Assembly: GCA_040905565.1 (NCBI GenBank)
Contig: JBBDRF010000059.1
Coordinates: 12,871-76,870, forward strand
Origin: Phycisphaeraceae bacterium
Lineage (GTDB): Bacteria > Planctomycetota > Phycisphaerae > Phycisphaerales > Zrk34
Direction: 5' to 3'
Length of the DNA stretch: 64,000 nucleotides
Each line of letters begins with the position of its first letter. Position 1 is the stretch's first letter. Below the pieces are notes generated by a model. It did not search any database, was not told where the DNA came from, and was given only the letters and a program-made list of their open reading frames with translations. This document shows positions 9,255 to 18,214 of this stretch, one piece after another. The position numbers were made by a program, and so were the translations under genes.

Positions 9255-10424
9255 TTAGTGAGCGGTGAAGCGGTGGACCATGCGGTGCTGGTAGGTTTCG
9301 CCGGGCTGAAGGATGATTGACGGGAAGTTCGGCTCGTTTACGGCGTTGGGGATGCCTTGGGTTTCAAGGCAGAAGCCCGCGTGCTTGCCGTAGACCGCGC
9401 CATTTTTGCCGGTGAGCGTGCCGTCCAGAAAGTTGCCGGAGTAGAACTGGATGCCGGGCTGATCGGTCAGAATTTCCATCACGCGGCCGCTGTTGGGCTC
9501 GTACACCCGCGCGGCAAGGCGGAGGGGCTGGTCGGCGACAAGCTCGTGGACCATGTTCGCGTCACGCAGCATGAAGTTGTGATCGTAGCCGCCGGGGCCG
9601 TCGCCGGAGGCGGGGAGGTTGTGGATGTCGCGGCCGATGGGCTTGATCTCTCGGAAATCGAACGCCGAACCGACGACGGGCTTCTGCTCACCGGTCGGGA
9701 TCATCGTTTCGTCGACGGGCGTGTAGTGGCCGGCGTTCAGCATCAGCTCATGGTCGAGCACGTCGGGGTGGGCCTGGCCGGCGAGGTTCCAGTAGGTGTG
9801 ATGGGCGAGGTTGACGGGGGTGGGGGCGTCGGTGGTGGCGCTCATTTCGACGACGAGTTCGTTGTCATTTGTGAGGATGTAGACGACTTCCGCGTCGAGG
9901 TTGCCGGGGTAGCCTTCTTCGCCGTTGTGGCTGCGATAGGTCATGCGGATGGCGGGTCCGGCCGTGCGCTGGACGGGCTCGGCGCGCCAGATGACTTTGT
10001 CGAATCCGCGTTCGCCGCCGTGCAGATGGTTGGGGCCGTCGTTGGTGGCCAGGCTGTAGCGGGTGTTGTCGAGGACGAAGGTGCCGCCGGCGATGCGGTT
10101 GGCGACGCGACCGGCGATGCAGCCGAAGTACGGGCTTTCCTGCATGTACTGCTCGAGGTTGTCGAAGCCGAGGACGACGTCATCGAGCTGGCCGTTGCGA
10201 TCGGGCACGTGCAGTTCGGTGACGGTGGCACCGTAGTTGGTGATGCGTGCGACCATGCCGTTGTCGTTTCGCAGTGTGTAAAGTTCCACCGGCTGGTGGT
10301 CCTTCTCGCCGAAGGTCTCCGCGTCGATTTGTGTCATGTGATTCATTCCCTGGCACCCCGTGGCGGCCATTGCGATGACGGTCAGCGAGGTGAATGCGAA
10401 CAGATGAGCAATCCGGTTGAACAT
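9255..10424 (-). CDS. galM: Aldose 1-epimerase (galactose mutarotase), probably a lipoprotein
   Basis: GRVANRI, NHLHGG, NLAHHTYWNL, GYDHNF, GFCLETQ. Start placed at MFNRIAH, giving a signal peptide ending ATGC. Confidence 0.92.
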   Translation of the reverse strand: MFNRIAHLFAFTSLTVIAMAATGCQGMNHMTQIDAETFGEKDHQPVELYTLRNDNGMVARITNYGATVTELHVPDRNGQLDDVVLGFDNLEQYMQESPYFGCIAGRVANRIAGGTFVLDNTRYSLATNDGPNHLHGGERGFDKVIWRAEPVQRTAGPAIRMTYRSHNGEEGYPGNLDAEVVYILTNDNELVVEMSATTDAPTPVNLAHHTYWNLAGQAHPDVLDHELMLNAGHYTPVDETMIPTGEQKPVVGSAFDFREIKPIGRDIHNLPASGDGPGGYDHNFMLRDANMVHELVADQPLRLAARVYEPNSGRVMEILTDQPGIQFYSGNFLDGTLTGKNGAVYGKHAGFCLETQGIPNAVNEPNFPSIILQPGETYQHRMVHRFTAH

Positions 10425-10694
10425 GGCAGCGACTCCCAAAAGGTCCCCGTAACGTCTAAATCCCCAGCAACGCGCTGGTCCCTCCGCAGCACAATGGACG
10501 CATTGTATGTTATCGCTCGACGCCTGGCGACGAAAGGCGTACGACGGTGGCATGGTCGAAGCTCGCGCGACGCAGGTCATGCCGGACAGGGTGGCCGAGT
10601 TGTCTGGCGTTTCGGTGTGGCGTTTGACGCTGGTAGATCGTTCGTTCGTGGTCGCGGGTTCTAGAGTGGATTAGGAGCACGTGAGTTTTAGCTA

Positions 10695-10723
10695 TTGGAC
10701 ATCAAGTACTAGAGTCGTAGAAT
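10695..10723 (+). promoter_or_regulatory. Candidate sigma70-type promoter
   Basis: TTGGAC-17 nt-TAGAAT in an AT-rich intergenic region upstream of the 10858 gene. Confidence 0.4.
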
Positions 10724-10857
10724 GAGGCCGTCAAGGAAGTTTCTTGCGATGCTTGTTGTTAAGTTACGTCGCATCTAACATCTCATTTTACAATGTTCGG
10801 GTTGTCGGCGCGTTGCCGAGCGATCCGGTTAGAACTTACGAATCGATGGAGAGTACA

Positions 10858-11280
10858 GTGGCCAAAGTACGGTTGAATAAAATGAGCCTCAACGAGTTGC
10901 AGGCGGAGGTTCGTCGTCGCCAGCGCGAGTTGAACAAACTGCAGGCGCAGCGTGAGAAGGCAGCGGCTCGGCTTACCGCGATTGATAAGAAGATCACCGA
11001 GCTAAACGGCGATGCGTTGAGCACGTCGGCAGCTCCGGCAGCGCCTGCGAAGACCGGTAAGAAAACGCGTCGTCGCCCCCGCAACCAGAAACCGCTCGCG
11101 GAAGTGCTGCTCAACGTCATCCCCAACGACAAGCCGATCAAGGTTGCCGACGCGGTGGCTGCGGTGAAGAAGTCGGGCTACAAGACGACGGCAACTAATT
11201 TTTCCACGATCGTCAACCAGGCGTTGATCAAGGACGATCGTTTCAAGCAGGTCAGCCGCGGCCATTATCAGTTGGCGTAA
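10858..11280 (+). CDS. Small basic putative DNA-binding protein (coiled coil, A/P/K linker, winged-helix-like C-terminus)
   Basis: GGAG SD before GTG 10858; K/R-rich; heptad-like N-terminus; C-terminal IVNQALIKDDRFKQVSRGHYQL. Confidence 0.65.
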   Translation: MAKVRLNKMSLNELQAEVRRRQRELNKLQAQREKAAARLTAIDKKITELNGDALSTSAAPAAPAKTGKKTRRRPRNQKPLAEVLLNVIPNDKPIKVADAVAAVKKSGYKTTATNFSTIVNQALIKDDRFKQVSRGHYQLA

Positions 11281-11435
11281 TCGCAGCTGCGATCGCAGTA
11301 AACTAGAAACAATTGTCGGCCCGGACTCGGCAGCGTGCTCCGGGCCGTTGTTGTTGCGCGTGGGGAACCTCCCCAGGCCGGAGCAGGCGACGCATGGATG
11401 GACGCGCTCGGCTTGATTGTGATAGATTCAAAGCT

Positions 11436-12143
11436 ATGACTGATTCCCAAACGCAACGCGTGGCAATTGTGACCGGTGCTGGGCGAGGCATAGGACGTGC
11501 GACGGCTGCGGCGCTTGACGCAGCTGGGTACGCCACGGTGCTGGTGGGGCGAACGGCGAAGACGCTTGAGGAAACGGCCGAGCCGCTGACGCAGCCGACG
11601 TTGGTGCACGTGGCGGACATCACCGACGCAGCGCAGTGTCAGCAAGTGATCGATGCCACGGTCGAACGCTTCGGGCGGGTCGATGTGCTGGCGAACGTGG
11701 CGGGGTTCGCGAAGCTGATGAAGATCGAGCAGATCACGCCTGAGGACTGGCAGCAGACGGTGGGGACGAACCTCTCGGCGATCGTGTACCTCACCTCAGC
11801 GGTATGGCCGATCTTCAAGAAGCAGGGCGGCGGATACATCGTGAATGTTTCGTCGATGTCGGCTTACGATCCGTTCCCGGGCCTGGGCGCTTACGGGGCG
11901 GCGAAGCTGGGCGTGAACATGTTCACGAAAGTCACCGCTGACGAAGGTAAGAAGATGGGGGTTCGGGCGGTGTGCGTTGTGCCGGGTGCGGTGGAGACGC
12001 CGATGCTTCGGGCGATGTTCAGCGAGAAGATGCTGCCGAGCGAGAAGACGCTGGACCCGGCGAAAGTCGCGAAGCTGATCCTCGACTGCATCGAAGGCCG
12101 GCGCGAAGTGGCAAGCGGCGAAGCGGTGACGATCGTCCCGTGA
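11436..12143 (+). CDS. Short-chain dehydrogenase/reductase
   Basis: TGAGRGIG, NVAG, NVSS, YGAAK catalytic motif, PGAVET. Confidence 0.92.
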   Translation: MTDSQTQRVAIVTGAGRGIGRATAAALDAAGYATVLVGRTAKTLEETAEPLTQPTLVHVADITDAAQCQQVIDATVERFGRVDVLANVAGFAKLMKIEQITPEDWQQTVGTNLSAIVYLTSAVWPIFKKQGGGYIVNVSSMSAYDPFPGLGAYGAAKLGVNMFTKVTADEGKKMGVRAVCVVPGAVETPMLRAMFSEKMLPSEKTLDPAKVAKLILDCIEGRREVASGEAVTIVP

Positions 12144-12170
12144 ACTGGGCAACCAACGGGGCGAAGAGGT

Positions 12171-12315
12171 TTAACCACAGAGGCACAGAGGAAGAGGAGG
12201 TAAGAGAAGAGGAGAAGAGAAAAGCAGTTTGTTTTAGAAGAAACCTTTTTTGCCTTTCTTCTTTTCTCTCTCTGTCTTCCAGTTTTCTCCTCCCCCTCTG
12301 TGACTCTGTGGTTAA
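12171..12315. repeat. 145-bp intergenic inverted-repeat element (CACAGAG-type arms)
   Basis: TTAACCACAGAGGCACAGAGG at 12171-12191 versus the reverse complement of 12295-12315 (20/21 identical); purine-rich left half, pyrimidine-rich right half. Confidence 0.85.
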
Positions 12316-12441
12316 TCCGTCTTGTTCGCCTCTGGCGTGGGACCCCGGCCGAGGCCGGGGCTATGTGCTGGTGGGGGGGCCGCTTGACGGTATGATTGTC
12401 GGGCGTAGCATGGGACGTTCTCACGAAGGAGCGACGATCAC

Positions 12442-13206
12442 TTGCAGTTGCCAGCCGCGGTCATTTCCGACATTCATGGGAACCTCGAAGCGCTGACTGC
12501 GGTGCTCGAGGATGTTGATCGGCGCGGCATCAAAAGCATCCTCTGCCTGGGCGACATCATCGGCTACGGGCCAAATCCGCGCGAGTGCCTGGACCGGGTG
12601 GCGGAGCGTTGCGACTGGGCCTTGATGGGCAATCACGATTATGCGGTGATGTATGAGCCCACGAATTTCAATGCTGGGGCGGAGTCGGCTGCGTTCTGGA
12701 CGCGTCGGCAGTTTGAGATGGAGCCTGACGTTGAGAAACGGCGTCGGCGGTGGGAGTTCATGGGGGCGATGCCGGTGCGTAAGCGGTTCGGTGACAGCAT
12801 GATGGCGGTGCACGGCTCGCCGCGTCGGCCGATCAACGAATATGTGTTTGCCGACGATGTGACCACCAGCCCCGCGAAGATGCAGCAGCTGTTCGACCGC
12901 ATCGAGCGGCTGTGCTTTGTGGGCCATACGCATGTGCAGGGCGTGTTCACGGAGGGGCCTGATTTCCTTTCGCCGACGGATTTTGACCACCAGTTCCGCA
13001 TCCCCGACGGCGAAAAGCTGCTGGTGAACGTGGGCTCGGTGGGGCAGCCGCGCGATCGCGATCCGCGGTCGGGCTATACCATCATCCACGACGACATGAT
13101 CGAATTCGTGCGGCTGGAGTACGACATTCAGACGACGGTGGAAAAGGTCCGCGCGATCCACGACCTGAACGACTTCTTCGGGCAACGGTTGATCGAAGGG
13201 CGCTAG
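12442..13206 (+). CDS. Calcineurin-like metallophosphoesterase
   Basis: SDIHGN, GDIIGYG, GNHD, HGSP, GHTH, NVGSVGQPRD; GAAGGAG SD upstream. Confidence 0.9.
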   Translation: MQLPAAVISDIHGNLEALTAVLEDVDRRGIKSILCLGDIIGYGPNPRECLDRVAERCDWALMGNHDYAVMYEPTNFNAGAESAAFWTRRQFEMEPDVEKRRRRWEFMGAMPVRKRFGDSMMAVHGSPRRPINEYVFADDVTTSPAKMQQLFDRIERLCFVGHTHVQGVFTEGPDFLSPTDFDHQFRIPDGEKLLVNVGSVGQPRDRDPRSGYTIIHDDMIEFVRLEYDIQTTVEKVRAIHDLNDFFGQRLIEGR

Positions 13207-13259
13207 CCGCGAGGCTACGTCTCGCTGGGGGGGGGCCAGCGACGCGTAGCGTCGCGGCT
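13205..13259. repeat. Inverted pair of REP-like palindromes (AGCCGCGA-type)
   Basis: AGCCGCGAGGCTACGTCTCGCTGG followed by the inverted copy CCAGCGACGCGTAGCGTCGCGGCT; a related copy lies at 57721. Confidence 0.7.
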
Positions 13260-13390
13260 GTTGTGGTGGGTGTGACAGAATGCGGGACAGGGGGGAGCGT
13301 GGGGGGGTGTGGAAGATGGTGGGGGTTTTGCTACGATAGTGCACTCCGCTGTAGAGACGGCGGCACCTGAGCTTGAGGATCTGCGTAACC

Positions 13391-15037
13391 ATGGCCACGA
13401 TCAAGATCGGCGATAAAGTTTGTGAATTCGAGGGCAGCAAGTCCATTCTCCAGGTCGCTTTGGAGAACGGCATCGAGATCCCTCACTATTGCTACCACCC
13501 GGGTTTGAGCGTGGTCGCCAGCTGCCGCATCTGCCTCGCGGAGGTGGCGCAGCCGAACCCGCGGAACGATAATAAGGTTGAGACGATCCCGAAGCTGGTG
13601 CCCACGTGTCAGCATCCTGCGGTCGACGGTGCGGAAGTCTACCTGGACAGCCCGAAATCCGAGGCCAACCAGAAGGCGGTGATGGAGTATCTGCTGATCA
13701 ACCATCCGCTGGATTGCCCGGTGTGCGACCAGGCCGGCGAGTGCTTCCTGCAGGATTACAGCTACGACTACGGCCGGGCGTATTCGCGGTTCGAAGAGAC
13801 CAAGGTTAAGCAGCCCAAGAAGGACATCGGCCCGCACGTGCTGCTGTATTCCGACCGCTGCATCATGTGCTCCCGCTGTGTCCGCTTCACGCGTGAAGTC
13901 AGCGGCACCAACGAGATCGGCGTGTTCGGCCGAGGCAACACCGAAGAGATTGACATCTTCCCCGGTAAAGCTTTGGACAACGAGCTGTCGGGCAACGTGG
14001 TCGATATCTGCCCCGTGGGGGCGCTGCTGGATAAGGACTTCCTGTTCGAACAGCGGGTGTGGAACCTGAAGGAAACGCCTTCGATCGACGGCATCACCGC
14101 CAGCGGCGACAATCTGTGGATTCACCACAACGAAGGCCGCGTCTGGCGCGTGAAGCCTCGCGCCAACATGAACGTCAACAAGTGGTGGACCAGCGACGAA
14201 ATCCGGTACGGCTGGGAGCACGTGCATGACACGAATCGCCTGACGCAGCCGTTGTGGCTGGAGACGCGGACGCAGCAGGAAACCGACTGGGACGTGGCCT
14301 ACGGCGAGCTTCTGCGGGGGCTGCGCGGCGTGCTCGATGAGGGCAAGCATATCGCCGTGATGCTTTCGCCGATGCTTTCCAGCGAAGACGCGTACCTGCT
14401 GGCGAAGTTTATCAAGCAGTTCGATGCGGGCGCGACGGTCGGCATCGGCCCGGTGCCACGCATCGGCGAAGACAAAACCTACCCCGGCGGCTACACGACC
14501 TATGCCGAGAAGGCCCCCAACGCCCGCGGTGTACGGCGGGTGGCGGAGCGGGTGTTCGACGGTTCCGAAAATGTGCTCGATTACGACGCGTTCTACGAAT
14601 TGCTCAACGGCGACGATGCGCACAACGCGAACATCGGCGGCGTGCTGTTCACGGGCAACTATCCCTCAGCGTGGGTCACCACCGTGCTGCTGGAGGCGCT
14701 CGGACAGCGGTTCGTGGCGCTGATCGATACGCTGCCGAACAGTCTTTCGACGAAGGCGCATGTGGTGCTGCCGAGTGCCACGTGGCTGGAGAAATCGGGC
14801 AGCTTCGAAAACGTGAACAATGTCATCCAAGCCTTCGAGCAGGCGGTGCCCGCGGTTGAGTTCGCTCGGCCGGAGGGGCAGATCGCGCTCGACCTGATGG
14901 CGGCGGCGGGCATGAGCGGCCCCGCCCGCTTCGACGCAGCGGCGACGCGGCAGGACATGGGCGATGCGTTCGCTGAGGTAAGCATCCCCGCCCCGCGCGA
15001 CAGCCGCGAACCTGACATGCAATACGTCGAGTTTTAA
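13391..15037 (+). CDS. nuoG: NADH:quinone oxidoreductase subunit G-like Fe-S protein (stand-alone)
   Basis: IPHYCYHPGL..SCRICL (2Fe-2S), NHPLDCPVCDQAGECFLQD, RCIMCSRCVRF...DICPVGAL; degenerate molybdopterin-oxidoreductase-like C-terminus. Confidence 0.85.
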   Translation: MATIKIGDKVCEFEGSKSILQVALENGIEIPHYCYHPGLSVVASCRICLAEVAQPNPRNDNKVETIPKLVPTCQHPAVDGAEVYLDSPKSEANQKAVMEYLLINHPLDCPVCDQAGECFLQDYSYDYGRAYSRFEETKVKQPKKDIGPHVLLYSDRCIMCSRCVRFTREVSGTNEIGVFGRGNTEEIDIFPGKALDNELSGNVVDICPVGALLDKDFLFEQRVWNLKETPSIDGITASGDNLWIHHNEGRVWRVKPRANMNVNKWWTSDEIRYGWEHVHDTNRLTQPLWLETRTQQETDWDVAYGELLRGLRGVLDEGKHIAVMLSPMLSSEDAYLLAKFIKQFDAGATVGIGPVPRIGEDKTYPGGYTTYAEKAPNARGVRRVAERVFDGSENVLDYDAFYELLNGDDAHNANIGGVLFTGNYPSAWVTTVLLEALGQRFVALIDTLPNSLSTKAHVVLPSATWLEKSGSFENVNNVIQAFEQAVPAVEFARPEGQIALDLMAAAGMSGPARFDAAATRQDMGDAFAEVSIPAPRDSREPDMQYVEF

Positions 15038-15074
15038 GGGCCACGTTCTTCCATACAGCCCGGAGTGATTTGCG

Positions 15075-16094
15075 ATGAGCCGAATTCGCTTACGACTGCC
15101 GAAGGTTGAACCGACACCTGAATCGGCTTATCTCAATCGCCGTCACTTCCTCGCCCAGATGGGCTTCGTCGGCGGGGCGGCCCTGGGGGCTGGGCTCGGC
15201 GGCGGACTGCTGGGTTCCGCCCGGCCCGCGCTGGCGCAGGATGATCAGGAAGTCATTCTCGACGAGGCGATCATTCGACCCGGCATCGAACGGCCCGAGG
15301 TGCTGGCACTGTTCCCCGCCAAGCGGAACGAAAAGTACCCGCTACCGGGCGGCGTGAAAAAGCTCACCCCGCGTCTGCCGGTGATGACCTACATCAATTA
15401 TTACGAGTTTTCGACCGATAAACTCGCCGTCTGGCGGCTCGCGCGCGATTTCAAGGTCGATCCGTGGACGATCGAGATCAGCGGCGAATGCCACAATCCT
15501 CAGACCATCGGCATCGAGGACCTGTTCAAGATTGAGCAGGAGGAGCGGACCTATCGCCTGCGGTGCGTGGAGGCGTGGTCGGCGGATGTGCCCTGGACTG
15601 GCTTCCCGCTGCACAAGCTTCTGGCGAAGGTCGATCCGAAGGGGTCGGCCAAGTACGTGCAGTTCCAGACGGTGCATCGGCCCGATGCGATGCCCGGCCA
15701 GAGTCGCAACCTCAATACGAGGCATTATCCGTGGCCTTACACGGAGGGGCTGACGATTGACGAGGCGATGAACGAACTCACGCTCGGCTGCACGGGCCTC
15801 TACGGCAAGCCGTTGACGCGGCAGAACGGCGGCCCGTTCCGCATCATCGTGCCCTGGAAATATGGGTACAAATCGCCGAAGGCGATCGATCGCATCGTGC
15901 TGACGGAGACGAAGCCGGCGACGCTGTGGGAGACGCTTCAGCCGGCGGAGTACCCGTTCGAGTCCAACGTCGAGCCGGACGTGCCCCACCCGCGCTGGAG
16001 CCAGGCGCATGAGCGGGTGATTCCGACCAACGAGCGAAGGCCGACGCTTCCTTATAACGGTTACGCCGAGCACGTGGCGCATCTTTACAATTGA
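15075..16094 (+). CDS. msrP: Protein-methionine-sulfoxide reductase catalytic subunit (Mo, Tat-exported)
   Basis: Tat motif NRRHFL; YINYYEF, RLRCVEAWS, WPYTEGL.IDEAMN, PWKYGYKS, PHPRWSQA. Confidence 0.92.
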   Translation: MSRIRLRLPKVEPTPESAYLNRRHFLAQMGFVGGAALGAGLGGGLLGSARPALAQDDQEVILDEAIIRPGIERPEVLALFPAKRNEKYPLPGGVKKLTPRLPVMTYINYYEFSTDKLAVWRLARDFKVDPWTIEISGECHNPQTIGIEDLFKIEQEERTYRLRCVEAWSADVPWTGFPLHKLLAKVDPKGSAKYVQFQTVHRPDAMPGQSRNLNTRHYPWPYTEGLTIDEAMNELTLGCTGLYGKPLTRQNGGPFRIIVPWKYGYKSPKAIDRIVLTETKPATLWETLQPAEYPFESNVEPDVPHPRWSQAHERVIPTNERRPTLPYNGYAEHVAHLYN

Positions 16095-17551
16095 GCCGCG
16101 CTGCCGAACCGGGGAGCATTTCAGTGGCGAGTGCCGAGGACGATGCGGTGGTCGTGGGGTCCGGCCCGAACGGGTTGGCCGCTGCGATTGTGCTGGCGGA
16201 GCAGGGGCTGCGGGTGCGGGTGGTGGAGGGGCGGGAGACGATCGGCGGTGGGGCGCGGACGGCGGAACTGACCGAGCCGGGCTTCCTGCATGACATCTGC
16301 TCGGCGGTGCATCCGCTGGGCGTGGCGTCGCCGTTCTTCAAAACGCTGAATCTGGAAGAGCACGGGCTGAACTGGTTGCATCCGCCGGTGCCGTTGGTGC
16401 ATCCGCTTGATGACGGGTCGGCGGTGGCACTGGAGCGATCGGTCGAGGCCACGGCGGCGGGCTTCGATGCTGTCGATCGCCGGGCGTATCAGAAGATGAT
16501 GGGCGGATTGATGACGCGGTGGGAGGCGGTCACGGCATCGATCTGCAAGCCGTTGCCCTGGCCGAAGCATCCGCTGGCGATGGCCTCGTTCGGCGGGTAC
16601 GTCTTGCGGGGCAGTGGGGGGATGCTTTTCAAAGGTGAGCGGGCGCGGGCGCTGATGGGGGGCCTGTGTGCGCATGGGTTCACCCGGCTGGATCGCCCCC
16701 CGGCTTGGGCGATCGGCCTGTTTCTAGGATTACTGGGGCATGCGGTGGGCTGGCCGATTCCGAGGGGTGGGGCGCAGCAGATCAGTGATGCGCTAGGCCG
16801 CAAACTCGAGAGTATGGGGGGCCGCATCGAAACCGAGCGGATGGTGCAGTCCCTTGATGAACTCGGCGATGCCCGTGCTGTGCTGTTCGAGGTGACGCCT
16901 CGACAACTGCTGAGCATCGCCGGCGACGCACTGCCTGCGGGGTATCAGCGCGGGCTGAAACGTTTCCGGTACGGGCCTGGCGTCTTCAAGATGGATTTCG
17001 CGCTGGACGGGCCGATCCCGTGGCGGGCGGAAGTTTGCCGACGTGCGGGGACGTTGCACCTCGGTGGCACCTTTGAAGAAGTGGCGGCGAGCGAAAAAGC
17101 CGTGCTGGCGGGTGAGCATCCGAAGCGGCCGTTCGTGCTGCTGGCGCAGCCGAGCATCATCGATGCGTCACGAGCGCCGGCGGGGAAGCACGCGGTGTGG
17201 GCTTACTGCCATGTCCCGAACGGCTCGACCGTCGACATGAGCGAAGCAATCGAACGGCAGATCGAGCGGTTCGCGCCGGGATTCCGCGAGCGGATCATCA
17301 GTCGAGCGATCATGAACACCCATGACATGCATCGGCACAACCCCAACTACATCGGCGGCGACATCAACGGCGGCGCGGCCGACCTGCCTCAAGTTCTGCT
17401 CCGGCCCGTGATGCGATGGCAGCCCTGGACGACGCCGAACCCCAGGCTGTTTCTGTGCTCGGCATCAACCCCGCCCGGCGGCGGCATCCACGGCATGTGC
17501 GGCTACAACGCAGCCACGGCGGCGCTGAAGCAGCTGCAGCGTCAAAAATGA
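16091..17551 (+). CDS. Phytoene desaturase-like NAD(P)/FAD-dependent oxidoreductase
   Basis: VVVGSGPNGLAAA, HDICSAVHP, NPNYIGGDI, CSASTPPGGGIHGMCG. Confidence 0.85.
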   Translation: MSRAAEPGSISVASAEDDAVVVGSGPNGLAAAIVLAEQGLRVRVVEGRETIGGGARTAELTEPGFLHDICSAVHPLGVASPFFKTLNLEEHGLNWLHPPVPLVHPLDDGSAVALERSVEATAAGFDAVDRRAYQKMMGGLMTRWEAVTASICKPLPWPKHPLAMASFGGYVLRGSGGMLFKGERARALMGGLCAHGFTRLDRPPAWAIGLFLGLLGHAVGWPIPRGGAQQISDALGRKLESMGGRIETERMVQSLDELGDARAVLFEVTPRQLLSIAGDALPAGYQRGLKRFRYGPGVFKMDFALDGPIPWRAEVCRRAGTLHLGGTFEEVAASEKAVLAGEHPKRPFVLLAQPSIIDASRAPAGKHAVWAYCHVPNGSTVDMSEAIERQIERFAPGFRERIISRAIMNTHDMHRHNPNYIGGDINGGAADLPQVLLRPVMRWQPWTTPNPRLFLCSASTPPGGGIHGMCGYNAATAALKQLQRQK

Positions 17552-17572
17552 AGACCCCGGTCAAGGCCGACG

Positions 17573-18073
17573 CTAGGTGGTAGGGGGGGCGATCGTCGCG
17601 GCATTGCAGGCGTCGGCGACGCGCTCAAGCTGAGCGAAGAAGGCTTCGCGATCCTCGGCGGGAATGGCCTGGAGCACCTGATGCTGAAGGTCGACGGCGA
17701 TTTTTCGAGAGGCTTCGTAAACCTCGCGGCCTAGCGGACGCAGCTTCACCAGCTTCGCCCGGCGGTCGCTCTGGTGCTGCTTGCGCTCGATGTGACCGGC
17801 CGCCTCCATGCGATTAAGCACGCTGGTGACGGTGTTTGGATCGCTGCTCATCAGGTCCGCAAGCTTCCGCTGCGTCAACGGCTTGCCGTCGTACTCGTGT
17901 AGCCAACGCAACACCGTGAACTGATCGGGCGTGATCCCCAGCGGCGCGATTCGGCGGCGGAACGCCTGGTTCAACGAATACCACGCACGGCGCAGCAACG
18001 GCGGCAGCCGACGCTGTGATGGATCGTCGATGGGCGGTTCACTGAAAGAAGACGTTGACCGGGCTGAGGACAT
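17573..18073 (-). CDS. MarR-family transcriptional regulator
   Basis: GITPDQFTVLRWL...LTQRKLA...VTSVLNRMEAAGHIER...SDRRAKLVKL winged-HTH signature. Confidence 0.92.
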   Translation of the reverse strand: MSSARSTSSFSEPPIDDPSQRRLPPLLRRAWYSLNQAFRRRIAPLGITPDQFTVLRWLHEYDGKPLTQRKLADLMSSDPNTVTSVLNRMEAAGHIERKQHQSDRRAKLVKLRPLGREVYEASRKIAVDLQHQVLQAIPAEDREAFFAQLERVADACNAATIAPPTT

Positions 18074-18091
18074 GAGCTATTGTAGGTAAAC

Positions 18092-18113
18092 GATAGTACG
18101 TACAGGTATTATC
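18092..18113. promoter_or_regulatory. Palindromic operator candidate (box 1)
   Basis: GATAGTAC-GTACAG-GTATTATC, an 8-6-8 inverted repeat with 7/8 arm match, between divergent marR and the first propeller gene. Confidence 0.65.
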
Positions 18114-18214
18114 AAGGTTCGAAAAACTGCCGGCAGCGGGTCGGTGAACATCTGAGGGTCAGCCGTCGGCTCGGCACATGCCGCGTCGGCCATCATAGGG
18201 TAAACGCTTTGAAC

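Noticed and set aside
12171..13259. Intergenic repeats as a CRISPR array
   Set aside because: They are inverted pairs, not regularly spaced direct repeats with spacers, and no cas genes are present.
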